Positions 52,878 to 61,259 of a stretch of 64,000 nt of DNA are shown piece by piece. This DNA is from Bacteroidales bacterium (GTDB lineage: Bacteria; Bacteroidota; Bacteroidia; Bacteroidales; WCHB1-69), in the NCBI GenBank assembly GCA_016290295.1, contig JAEETJ010000002.1, positions 79,583 through 143,582 on the forward strand, in the 5' to 3' direction. Below the pieces are notes generated by a model that was not told the origin of the DNA, searched no databases, and was given only the letters and a program-made list of their open reading frames with translations. How positions within the stretch are numbered: the first letter of the stretch is position 1; each line of letters opens with the position of its first letter. The translations under genes and the position numbers were made by a program.

Positions 52878-54959
52878 CTATTCTGTCGTGTTAATTCTTC
52901 GAACCCTTCGGCTAAATATCTGGAACTCTGTACTGTTTTTGTCTGCCTCATTAAGTATCTTTTCAAAGTCGCTGTCAGATACAGTTTTATTATTGAAAGC
53001 TACAACAATGGCATTTTTCTCTTCTTCCTCGTCCATCTCAACATGCAAATTGCTGGCAAGTGCTTCCTTCCGAATCATCATGTATGCGGGCAAGTACTCT
53101 GAACAGAGTTTTACCAAATGACGGCATGTTTCAATATTTGAATATCCAAGTTTCTGATTGAGTTGCGCTTCAAACAGGTATTGTTTTTTATCGATAGCAA
53201 TCTTCTCATCTGAATTGTTCGAAATTTCACGAATAAATTTGACCACACTGTCAGCTTCTTCGTATCGTTCCAAACGATACAGCGCTTTTGCCTTGACAAA
53301 CAGGGCTTCGAGACAGGGACTTTTTTTCTGTGCTGTCTTTTTGTCAAATACCATGTCCGAATATCCTATAGCTTCCTCATACCGGCCTTTGTAGAGGCAT
53401 AGCACCGCATTCAAAAAGTCACAAGTCATGCTGCAATCCTTTAGCAACGGGACATTCTTTGTAGCATCATGCAGACATTCATCGTCAAGCATCACATCGA
53501 ACATCCGTTTAGCTACGAGAGCTGCATTTCTATAGTCACCGCTCTTGATTTTGGCAACGACTTGTTTCATGCACACCTGAACAGCACCATCATAGTCATG
53601 CTTATAAAAATATGTGGAGAAATCCTTACCAAACTTGTACTCCTCATCTATCATGGGCACATCGTTAAACGAGTTGGCAAAAGCCCTGATCTCGGCATTC
53701 TGTTTGATATGATATGAGCGCAACTTGTTGCTCAATGTAAGTCCATCTAATGAACGCATACGGCTGATGGCTACATACGCCTGTCCAGGAGCAAATGTTC
53801 CTCGAGTCAAATCGAAATGCATACGGTCAAAAGTCATTCCCTGCGACTTATGTATCGTGATAGCCCAAGCCAGTTTCAAAGGATATTGTGTAAAACTTCC
53901 CACAACCTTCGATTCAACCTTTCGGGTATCCTCATTATATACACTTTCCTTGCTCTCCCACACCATCTTTTCCACTTTGAGTGTTTTGCCATTTTCCAGG
54001 ACCACAACAATTTTGTCATCGGTCAATTTAGTCACAATGGCAATGGTTCCATTCACCACACCTCTTGGATAATCGTTGCGGCAGAAGATTACCTGTGCAC
54101 CAACTTTCAGCTGCAGTTTAACCGGCACTGGCGCATCTTGCATCTTGAATTTTCCATCTAACTCCCCCTCATAACAGAATTCCTCCGCTTCTATCTCGTC
54201 TAACTTCATCTCATTAATGCTTTCAGCAATTCTATTATAAGCCGTCAGGGTAACCGAATAATCGCCAACTTTGTCATCAGAACTCACATGTTCATTAATG
54301 ATTTCAAAATCCTCTTGAATATTTTCTCCTACACGCATACGGTCTAAAACATCCAAAAAAGGCTGATCTTTCTGACGATAAACCTTCTGAAACTCTATCT
54401 TGGGCAGATTCATTCGTTTCAATGCGTACGCTTTGTAGAAATAAGGAGTTCCATTTCCATAAAAGTCTCGGAGCATATCTTCATCTGCCGTACCCTGCTT
54501 ATATACGGGTGGCAATTGAAATAAGTCGCCTACAAAAACAACCTGCTTGCCCCCGAAAGGTAAATGCGAATAAGTCAAAGTCCTGAGAAATCTATCCATA
54601 CCGTCCACCATATCGGCTCTTACCATCGAAGCCTCATCAATGATAATGGTATCTGTTTTCTCCAGCACGCGTCTTTTCTCTAACGACACTTCCATGTGGG
54701 TTGTAGGACCAATTATCTCCAATGGAAAGCCAAAGAAGGAATGCATAGTTTGACCTCCAACATTGAGTGCTGCTATGCCTGTGGGAGCAAGAACCAAAAA
54801 GTTCTTGTTGATTTCCTTTTGGATTCTCTTCACAAAAGTGGTTTTACCCGTACCAGCCTTCCCTGTGATGAAAAGACTGATGTTGGTATATGCCACAAGA
54901 TCGTATGCTTTCTGCTGCTCGAAGTTGGTTTTGTCGAATGCTATTTCTTTGTTTTCCAT
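52878..54959 (-). CDS. Pif1/RecD-family SF1B helicase with a roughly 250-aa TPR-like helical C-terminal extension
   Basis: FITGKAGTGKTTF (Walker A), LAPTGIAALNVGGQTMHSFFG, IIIDEASMV (Walker B), GDLFQLPPV, ITIHKSQGMTFD, AYVAISR. Start moved to MENKE (54959) because the longer ORF runs through the promoter module. Confidence 0.85.
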   Translation of the reverse strand: MENKEIAFDKTNFEQQKAYDLVAYTNISLFITGKAGTGKTTFVKRIQKEINKNFLVLAPTGIAALNVGGQTMHSFFGFPLEIIGPTTHMEVSLEKRRVLEKTDTIIIDEASMVRADMVDGMDRFLRTLTYSHLPFGGKQVVFVGDLFQLPPVYKQGTADEDMLRDFYGNGTPYFYKAYALKRMNLPKIEFQKVYRQKDQPFLDVLDRMRVGENIQEDFEIINEHVSSDDKVGDYSVTLTAYNRIAESINEMKLDEIEAEEFCYEGELDGKFKMQDAPVPVKLQLKVGAQVIFCRNDYPRGVVNGTIAIVTKLTDDKIVVVLENGKTLKVEKMVWESKESVYNEDTRKVESKVVGSFTQYPLKLAWAITIHKSQGMTFDRMHFDLTRGTFAPGQAYVAISRMRSLDGLTLSNKLRSYHIKQNAEIRAFANSFNDVPMIDEEYKFGKDFSTYFYKHDYDGAVQVCMKQVVAKIKSGDYRNAALVAKRMFDVMLDDECLHDATKNVPLLKDCSMTCDFLNAVLCLYKGRYEEAIGYSDMVFDKKTAQKKSPCLEALFVKAKALYRLERYEEADSVVKFIREISNNSDEKIAIDKKQYLFEAQLNQKLGYSNIETCRHLVKLCSEYLPAYMMIRKEALASNLHVEMDEEEEKNAIVVAFNNKTVSDSDFEKILNEADKNSTEFQIFSRRVRRINTTE

Positions 54960-54977
54960 ATTGGCGTGTTGTATTTT

Positions 54978-55023
54978 GTTTTCGGGTGCAAAAGTACAAC
55001 CGCCTCGCGCAACCAATTTGCGC
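54978..55023 (-). promoter_or_regulatory. Conserved promoter/operator module 'A' upstream of the Pif1-like helicase
   Basis: Minus strand: GCGCAAATTGGTTGCGCGAGGCGGTTGTACTTTTGCACCCGAAAAC. The palindrome GCGCAA-N5-TTGCGC lies 10 nt upstream of the TACTTTTG -7 box. 39/46 identical to module B. Confidence 0.7.
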
Positions 55024-55096
55024 AAAAATAAAAAGCACGGAATAACTTTTGGTGAAATTTGTATTATCTTTGCAAAAACCATAAAACCCAACAAAT

Positions 55097-55849
55097 ATGG
55101 AACCTTTCATGATATATTCCGGAAAACATGTATTTCACTTTACAAAATTCGAATCTGCGTTGAGAATCATTGCAACCCAATCCTTAAAGTTTGGCCGTTT
55201 TGAGAATATGAATGATATTGCAGAAGTGAAAAGAGAAGTTTATGGTATTATTTCTGCCGATATTATAGATAGTGAATTGTCAAAATATCAATCCATAAGT
55301 CTTACATTAGACAAGCCCTCGCACCGTGGCTTCAAAATTGACCCTCTATGGGGTCACTATGCACAAGGAGGTAATGGTGCATGTTTGGTTTTTGATAAAG
55401 ACAAGTTATCACAAAGGGTTGTTGAACAATTTGGTGAAAAAGCAAAAATTGCTCCAATCAATTACTTGCCTAATTTTTCAAATGCAATATTCACGGAGGG
55501 AGATTCTCAAGAAGCAGTAGAAAAATATATAGAAGATAATCTAGAGGACATTTTCTTCACCAAATCTCTTGACTGGGAATATGAACAAGAACTGAGGATC
55601 TTAATCAAAGAGGACAGGGAAAATGAGAAATACCTTTGTTGGGATGATGCATTAATTGCCGTTATACTTTGCCTGCCAAAAGTCATCAACTACAAAGAGT
55701 CGCCTGAATTCAGAATTATGAAATCCATGTTGCCGGCCATCCCTATTCTTAATTATACGACATCTTTGGGGAACAAAGAATTACTCGATGAGAACGGGGG
55801 AAAAGTGTGTGACATTATTGGTGAGGATTTACAAATACTCTTTGAATGA
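55097..55849 (+). CDS. DUF2971 family protein
   Basis: ..VFHFTKFESALRII....LKFGRFENMNDIAE..., ..DPLWGHYAQGGNGACLVFDK.., ..DWEYEQELRIL follow the DUF2971 pattern (lyhYt...., f.s....NDp.E, mWshYa....G.cl.F, EkEwR). Confidence 0.65.
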   Translation: MEPFMIYSGKHVFHFTKFESALRIIATQSLKFGRFENMNDIAEVKREVYGIISADIIDSELSKYQSISLTLDKPSHRGFKIDPLWGHYAQGGNGACLVFDKDKLSQRVVEQFGEKAKIAPINYLPNFSNAIFTEGDSQEAVEKYIEDNLEDIFFTKSLDWEYEQELRILIKEDRENEKYLCWDDALIAVILCLPKVINYKESPEFRIMKSMLPAIPILNYTTSLGNKELLDENGGKVCDIIGEDLQILFE

Positions 55850-55870
55850 GATATGTACTAAAAAAACTAT

Positions 55871-56860
55871 TTAATCTGCCAAATTAAACAATCGGTTAAT
55901 GCGGTTTTCTTTAGTTCCAAATCTTCTATGTTGGTATCTTCCCTCTTTTTGAGATTCTATTGACGTCTTTTTTATCCAATTGTAATAATCATCCGTATCA
56001 CCATTTTTATCCAATGTTGGTTGACAAATATGAAAATTACAATCTTTTTGAGCCTTTATTTCTCTTTCAACAGGGCCGAAAACACTAAAACCACCAGATG
56101 CCTCTATCATCAAATTGTTTGTCAAAACAAATCTGTCATGCCAACCTTCTCCTTGTGCTGGAATTTGATATAATGTAAAAGAAAAATCCAAATTAGGTCT
56201 GATATCTTTAAGCATTTCAAGTATTTCTTTGTAAAAGGAGAGCCCCAATTCTTCATTATCAAAATTGTTACCTCCAACTCCACTAAAAATAGAAATATCA
56301 AAAGGGATACTTAATGATTGAGGTAATATGTTTTTAAAAAGATGCTTTAAATGATATTGGATATACTTTCTATCATTCAAGATATGAGGATCTATAAGGA
56401 TAAGAGAATTACAGGGGATAGAAAAATACTCTTTTAATCCATAATAATCCCCTTTCTGATGAAATTTAAAATGTATTTTTTTCCCTGAAACGAGATGTTT
56501 ATTTCTCGATAGCATTTCCGCATTCAAGCTTAGTACACCTTTTTGTTGAGCAAACGTTTCACAATAACTCTGGTCTTTATCAAGCAAAAAGACTGAGCAT
56601 AATTTCTCAATGGAAAGACTATCGTCTTCAATTATTGCATCAATCTGCCCTTTTTCGGCAAAGCAACTTCCTCCGGTTTTATGCCATAAAATACTCAAAA
56701 AATCATCTTGGCCAAAATCCTCAATCGGTATTTCTGCTTGAACATTATTTGCTTGCAAGACACAGAATAAGTCCCATGCATTAGGACCAAAAATATCCAT
56801 GTCAAGTTTCTTTACAGCTTTCCAGAAACCGTATTGAAGAAAGATTTTTCCCCTTTTCAT
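55871..56860 (-). CDS. Protein with C-terminal MIT_C-like phospholipase-D-fold domain (HxR variant); candidate effector
   Basis: LILIDPHILNDRKYIQYHLKHLF ... FSFTLYQIP...GWHDRFVLTNNLMIEASGGFSVF parallels, from memory, the MITD1 C-terminal domain (IVDPYIRS.HQL.NFLRF ... [23 protein letters not shown]). The start overlaps the ATPase stop (ATGA). Confidence 0.6.
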   Translation of the reverse strand: MKRGKIFLQYGFWKAVKKLDMDIFGPNAWDLFCVLQANNVQAEIPIEDFGQDDFLSILWHKTGGSCFAEKGQIDAIIEDDSLSIEKLCSVFLLDKDQSYCETFAQQKGVLSLNAEMLSRNKHLVSGKKIHFKFHQKGDYYGLKEYFSIPCNSLILIDPHILNDRKYIQYHLKHLFKNILPQSLSIPFDISIFSGVGGNNFDNEELGLSFYKEILEMLKDIRPNLDFSFTLYQIPAQGEGWHDRFVLTNNLMIEASGGFSVFGPVEREIKAQKDCNFHICQPTLDKNGDTDDYYNWIKKTSIESQKEGRYQHRRFGTKENRINRLFNLAD

Positions 56861-58497
56861 TTTGCCTCCATCTTCATTTTTAACAAACGCATAGACAAAT
56901 CTGTCGCCTCATCAAAAAAACCTGGGCCAAATGGCTCATTCAACCGTCCGTCTTCAAGAACCTTTATCTGACGATTATGGGAAATACCTTCTTCATCTTT
57001 TTCCACATAATTGAGTGAAATGTCATTTGGCATAAGTACATTTTCTTTATCTGCAACCATCACCTGAAGTTTACGAATCAAATATTCGCTATGGGTTTCA
57101 ATGATGAAGTGGATATTGTATTTTTGAAATGCTTCCACAAACATATCGGCAAGAAGCGACTGATATTTTGGGTGGAGATGAATTTCGGGCTCTTCTACAC
57201 AAATGATTTGTTTTGGTTTGTTCCAATATCCTTTATGAGGCTTGCCTTTATACCAAGGAATTTCTATTTCATTTTCAATATTTTTTATGTCAGGTGATTT
57301 AATTGCATTGTCAATTAGCAACAATAAGGACACTAATTGAGTAATGCCATAACCTTCGTCTGCAAGCAACCTGTATTCTTTTTCTTTTTTTAGATATATT
57401 TTAACACCACCTTCCTCATCACCTTCTACACTAACTTTACCAAGATTAAACCTCTCTTTACCCAACCAACGATTCATAAAGCCACCAGGTTTATGATAAT
57501 ATGGATCGGCAGATAAAACATCGAAATGCTCCTCGAATGTTACTCGCATACTATTAAAAACGCACAGAGCATGGCTCATTTTATTGTCGTTCTCAACTGA
57601 ATATGAGCGTCGTATTGCTGCAGAATTCGAATCTATATATTTTACATTACAAGTAAACCAAGGGGAATATACTTCATTTGTGACTAATTCAAAAAAATGT
57701 TCTATAATTATGCCTTTTGGAAAATATTTATCCATCATTTCCTCCATCTCTTCATCAGTCTTACAGTATTTCTTCCATTCTTCAATATCACTATTCCGTT
57801 TATCAATCCATTCATACCAGTTATTTAGAAGTTTAATATTATAATCTTCTATATTGATTTTATTTTCTTCTAATTGCTTTCTGGTATTTTCCAAATCACG
57901 AGTTAACCTTAATGCAACTGACGTGTTCTCATATTTTTTGTATAAATCTTTCTTGAATACTTCAATGCCTCTGATCAATTTAAGATACTGGCTTGCCAAT
58001 GAGAAGTTGTTGAAATTTTGAGTGATGTTTTCTTTGTATATTTTTTTATTTCCGATTCCTCTTGGTGTTGTGTCTTTTTCAAGAATAATACTTCCATCAA
58101 TTTTTTCAATCGTATATCTACAAAGATGCCCATCATTAAGAGTATCAGCTTTCTTGCTTTTGAAATATCGCCTGACATATACTTCTTCTTGAAGATAATT
58201 AGACCATATTTTATATGAAATTTCTATCTCATTACTATTTGCCTGTTTGTGTAATACTTTCTTAAAATTGCCGAGGTCAAGGTCTTTTGAATACAATTTG
58301 AGAGCTGTATGTATAGTCTCTTTTTCATGTGGCAATTTGCTCAATAGCATAAGAGCTTTTGTCATAGAACTCTTCCCTGCACTATTGCATCCTGTCAGTA
58401 CGGTGATAGGGGCAAGTTCAAAATCTGCACCGTCTTCACCAAATGAGCGAAAGTTTTTCAAACTAAAAACTGGGTTCATGTTTTTATTATTGTTCAT
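56857..58497 (-). CDS. ABC-type (AAA_15/AAA_21-like, OLD/PtuA/AriA-like) ATPase with DUF3696-like C-terminal tail
   Basis: LKNFRSFG...ITVLTGCNSAGKSS (Walker A), long K/E-rich helical insertion, DEGYGITQLVSLLLL (signature-like), IICVEEPEIHLHP (Walker B/D-loop), IIETHSEYLIRKLQ (H-loop), C-terminal ..GRLNEPFGPGFFDE. Start moved to the ATG at 58497. Confidence 0.85.
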   Translation of the reverse strand: MNNNKNMNPVFSLKNFRSFGEDGADFELAPITVLTGCNSAGKSSMTKALMLLSKLPHEKETIHTALKLYSKDLDLGNFKKVLHKQANSNEIEISYKIWSNYLQEEVYVRRYFKSKKADTLNDGHLCRYTIEKIDGSIILEKDTTPRGIGNKKIYKENITQNFNNFSLASQYLKLIRGIEVFKKDLYKKYENTSVALRLTRDLENTRKQLEENKINIEDYNIKLLNNWYEWIDKRNSDIEEWKKYCKTDEEMEEMMDKYFPKGIIIEHFFELVTNEVYSPWFTCNVKYIDSNSAAIRRSYSVENDNKMSHALCVFNSMRVTFEEHFDVLSADPYYHKPGGFMNRWLGKERFNLGKVSVEGDEEGGVKIYLKKEKEYRLLADEGYGITQLVSLLLLIDNAIKSPDIKNIENEIEIPWYKGKPHKGYWNKPKQIICVEEPEIHLHPKYQSLLADMFVEAFQKYNIHFIIETHSEYLIRKLQVMVADKENVLMPNDISLNYVEKDEEGISHNRQIKVLEDGRLNEPFGPGFFDEATDLSMRLLKMKMEAK

Positions 58498-58511
58498 ATT
58501 CTTCTTTGTTT

Positions 58512-58557
58512 GTTTTCGTTTGCAAAAGTACAACCTTCTTGCGCAACTTATTTGCGC
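58512..58557 (-). promoter_or_regulatory. Conserved promoter/operator module 'B' upstream of the ATPase operon (overlaps the YhcG-2 stop codon)
   Basis: Minus strand: GCGCAAATAAGTTGCGCAAGAAGGTTGTACTTTTGCAAACGAAAAC, with the same palindrome and spacing as module A. Confidence 0.7.
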
Positions 58558-59750
58558 GAATTTTCTTTTTTCTTTTGCTCCAACTCTTTTACCGTGCGCT
58601 CCACCACTTCTTCCAGTTGATAAGTGGATACGCCAAGAGGTTTGTTGATGTCACGCAGAGACCATTCCACAACGGTTTTGTCAGTTGATTTGCAAATAAG
58701 CAAACCCACAGTTGGATTGTCACCGTCGCCACGCATCAACTCGTCGATAGCAGTCACATAGAAATTCAGTTTGCCGGCAAATTCGGGGATGAATTTCACC
58801 ACCTTTAATTCGACGACAACATAACGGTGCTGGGGTATGTGATAGAATAGCAAGTCGGGGAAGAAAGTCTGACCTCCGGGCATTTGCAGCTCCATCTGAC
58901 GGCCCACATACGAAAAGCCCTGGCCTAACTCCATCAGAAATCGTGTAACATTGGATACCAACGCATCTTCTAGGTCCTGTTCCTCGTATTCTTCTCCCAT
59001 GGAGAGAAATTCAAAATGGTAGGGATCTTTCAGCAGCTCTTTGGCCAATTGGCTCTGTGGAGCAGGTAGTGTATGCTCGAAGTTAGTAAGTGCTGCACCT
59101 TGACTTCCGAATAGATTGGCTGCCACTTGGGCTTCAAGTCTGCTGCGACTCCAGCCCTCTTCCACAACCTTGTTAATATAGAACATAGCCTCATCAAGAG
59201 ACTGGCATTTGGAGATAATCAGAATATGACAGCCCCATGGTATAAGACCAAATGTATCAGGAAATTGCAATTGGCCAACGACTTGTTGACCTTTTTCGTC
59301 AACAGTTTGTTGACGATTTGCAGTTTCTAATTCGTCAACAACTTGTTGACGAATTTCAACATCTTGATTATCACCCGTCTTGGATGCTAAAGCAATACCA
59401 AATTCGTCACCAACTTGGGGACGAATTGCAAATCTTTCACTATAAAATGCATACCAACGTTTCATGTATTTGAGGTTGGTTACAGAGAAACCTTTTTCGT
59501 TGGGAAATGCCGTTTTCAAATCAAGACACAACTGATTAAAGAAGCCATTTCCCCATTTGCTTTCAGCACGAAGTTCAACTATGTCGCGTCCTAAGCTCCA
59601 ATAAAACTCAAGCATGGCAGTGTTTACACGGACCGCCGCTTTTACTTGGCTTTGGCGAAAACGCTGCTTGATGTCAGCCATCCATTGTACGTAACCTTCG
59701 TCGGTGGTCATTTCTTCTCGGAATATAAATGTTGGTTTTTCATTCATCAT
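58548..59750 (-). CDS. YhcG-family PDDEXK nuclease (DUF1016), copy 2
   Basis: N-terminal ..VNTAMLEFYWSLGRDIV...WG.GFFNQL..DLK..FP..KGFS..NL.YM..WY. C-terminal FFPDLLFYHIPQHRYVVVELKVVKF.PEFAGKLNFYV. Start set at the ATG at 59750 (TATTTTTG box upstream). Confidence 0.8.
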   Translation of the reverse strand: MMNEKPTFIFREEMTTDEGYVQWMADIKQRFRQSQVKAAVRVNTAMLEFYWSLGRDIVELRAESKWGNGFFNQLCLDLKTAFPNEKGFSVTNLKYMKRWYAFYSERFAIRPQVGDEFGIALASKTGDNQDVEIRQQVVDELETANRQQTVDEKGQQVVGQLQFPDTFGLIPWGCHILIISKCQSLDEAMFYINKVVEEGWSRSRLEAQVAANLFGSQGAALTNFEHTLPAPQSQLAKELLKDPYHFEFLSMGEEYEEQDLEDALVSNVTRFLMELGQGFSYVGRQMELQMPGGQTFFPDLLFYHIPQHRYVVVELKVVKFIPEFAGKLNFYVTAIDELMRGDGDNPTVGLLICKSTDKTVVEWSLRDINKPLGVSTYQLEEVVERTVKELEQKKKENSRK

Positions 59751-59789
59751 TATTAAAGAATTTGTGAAGTGCAAAAATACAAATAAATT

Positions 59790-60860
59790 CTATTTCAAGG
59801 AGTGATATGCTTGAAGTTGTGCTGCCACATAATCTTTTACCTTCTGTTGTATATTGGTAGGAGAAAGTACAATCAAGTCTTTGCCAAATGAGGTCAATTC
59901 CCTGATAAGTTCATAATTCTCGATGCATTCAATGGAAAAGAAGGCCCCACCTTTCAACATTGGATACTGACGACGCAGTTCAGCTTCTTTTTCATCATGA
60001 AAGGGTCGTGTAGGTTGAGATTCGTGTATTGGTTTTGTAATAACGTAATTCTTGGAATAATCACTTACCCAGAAGATAATGGTTTGCAATGGCCTGTCAT
60101 CATAAAGAGATACACCTATAATATCCTCAAAGCGTTCATTCAGATTACCGGGGTATGGGATATATCGATGATTTGATAGCATATCGAATTGGTCAATCTG
60201 GTCCAACCTGAAATTTAGTAATCTACCAGAGTCCTCTGCGGAACCAAAGAGATACCATCTGCGATTGTACTCTTTCAATAAGTGAGGATGAATAATCACC
60301 TGTTTTACATTGTCGAGGTCATCAAAAGTATGATAATGCAACTTCAGCACCTGTCGTTGCGAAATAGCGGTAAAAAGTTCCCCGAACAGAGTGGTTTTCT
60401 CTAAAGGATTCTTGGTAAAGGAAACGATTTGGCGCTTTTCTTTAAGATTCAAGCTGCCTTTCAACTTTTCCAGTCCGTCAAGATTTGGAAGACCGTCAAA
60501 CTGTCCCAGCAACGACAATGCTTCCGAAAGCAGATACTTCTCATCCTCGGTCAATGGCTTCTTGAAAATAGAGAATGATGGGTCTTTATAACGCAAACAT
60601 TCTTTTTTCACCGTGAGATTTGGATTCTTTTGGCTGACCGCATCAATTTGATAATGCTCAATATCTGCAAGAAAGGGGCCCGCTTTTTCTATATAGTTGA
60701 TGTCATATTGGATTGTGCGAATGCTGACTTTCATTTTCCTCTCTTCTAATTCTTCATTCACCAATTCACATATATCGGCAACAGAATAGTTCCTATATCG
60801 ATTGGCAAGCAACTTGTCAATGATGTAATATCGCGTAACGGCGTTTTTGTTGGCTGGCAT
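59790..60860 (-). CDS. WYL-domain transcriptional regulator (wHTH-WYL-WCX; BrxR/CapW-like architecture)
   Basis: N-terminal HTH (..YSVADICELVNEEL....VSIRTIQYDINYIE), WYL core (VLKLHYHTF.....VIIHPHLLKEYNRRWYLFG) and a C-terminal extension. Confidence 0.8.
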   Translation of the reverse strand: MPANKNAVTRYYIIDKLLANRYRNYSVADICELVNEELEERKMKVSIRTIQYDINYIEKAGPFLADIEHYQIDAVSQKNPNLTVKKECLRYKDPSFSIFKKPLTEDEKYLLSEALSLLGQFDGLPNLDGLEKLKGSLNLKEKRQIVSFTKNPLEKTTLFGELFTAISQRQVLKLHYHTFDDLDNVKQVIIHPHLLKEYNRRWYLFGSAEDSGRLLNFRLDQIDQFDMLSNHRYIPYPGNLNERFEDIIGVSLYDDRPLQTIIFWVSDYSKNYVITKPIHESQPTRPFHDEKEAELRRQYPMLKGGAFFSIECIENYELIRELTSFGKDLIVLSPTNIQQKVKDYVAAQLQAYHSLK

Positions 60861-60890
60861 GATTGTGGTTTTATTGTGATTGTTCTTGTT

Positions 60891-60936
60891 TTTTTTGTTT
60901 GCAAAAGTACGACCGCCTTGTGCAACCTATTTGCGT
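60891..60936 (-). promoter_or_regulatory. Conserved promoter/operator module 'C' upstream of the WYL regulator gene
   Basis: Minus strand: ACGCAAATAGGTTGCACAAGGCGGTCGTACTTTTGCAAACAAAAAA. Same layout as A and B with slightly degenerate half-sites. A second palindrome, TATGTAT-N9-ATACATA (60938-60961), lies just upstream. Confidence 0.65.
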
Positions 60937-61156
60937 GATATGTATTTTGCAAAGATACATATTATTTCCGAAATAATTGATAACACTGGAGAGAAAGTCC
61001 TGATTTGTCGCATATAGATACAAGTATTTAAGCATATTTCTTCCAAAAATTCCAGCTGCTATCCTCAAGTTTGAGAAGCGTGGGAAAATTTTACCTCTCG
61101 ATTCAACGCTATTTTCTGTTCGAAAAAATCATCTTTTCGAACGAAATTTGTAATTT

Positions 61157-61230
61157 CTTATAATGTTGATTTTGAGATGATTAACAATGTTTTGTCCCAT
61201 GATATTAAGAATTGGGTGTTGTATTTTTGC
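61157..61230 (+). promoter_or_regulatory. Conserved promoter module 'D', copy 2 (74 nt)
   Basis: cttataatgttgattttgagatgattaacaatgttttgtcccatgatattaagaattgggtgttgtatttttgc. About 80% identical to 61866-61938. TATTTTTG box at 61222-61229. Confidence 0.65.
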
Positions 61231-61259
61231 GGGCAAAAACAATTTCAAATATTAATACT

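Noticed and set aside
54960-55094. N-terminal extensions given by the ORF track for many genes. Examples are 54960-55094, 58498-58533, 59751-59774, 61212-61259, 61920-61964, 10345-10371, 16734-16769, 28913-28969, 29553-29672, 37937-37987 and 38571-38600.
   Set aside because: The extended starts (often TTG/GTG) lie inside TAnnTTTG promoter boxes, conserved promoter modules or terminators. Internal ATGs give native-looking N-termini such as signal peptides or family-typical starts.
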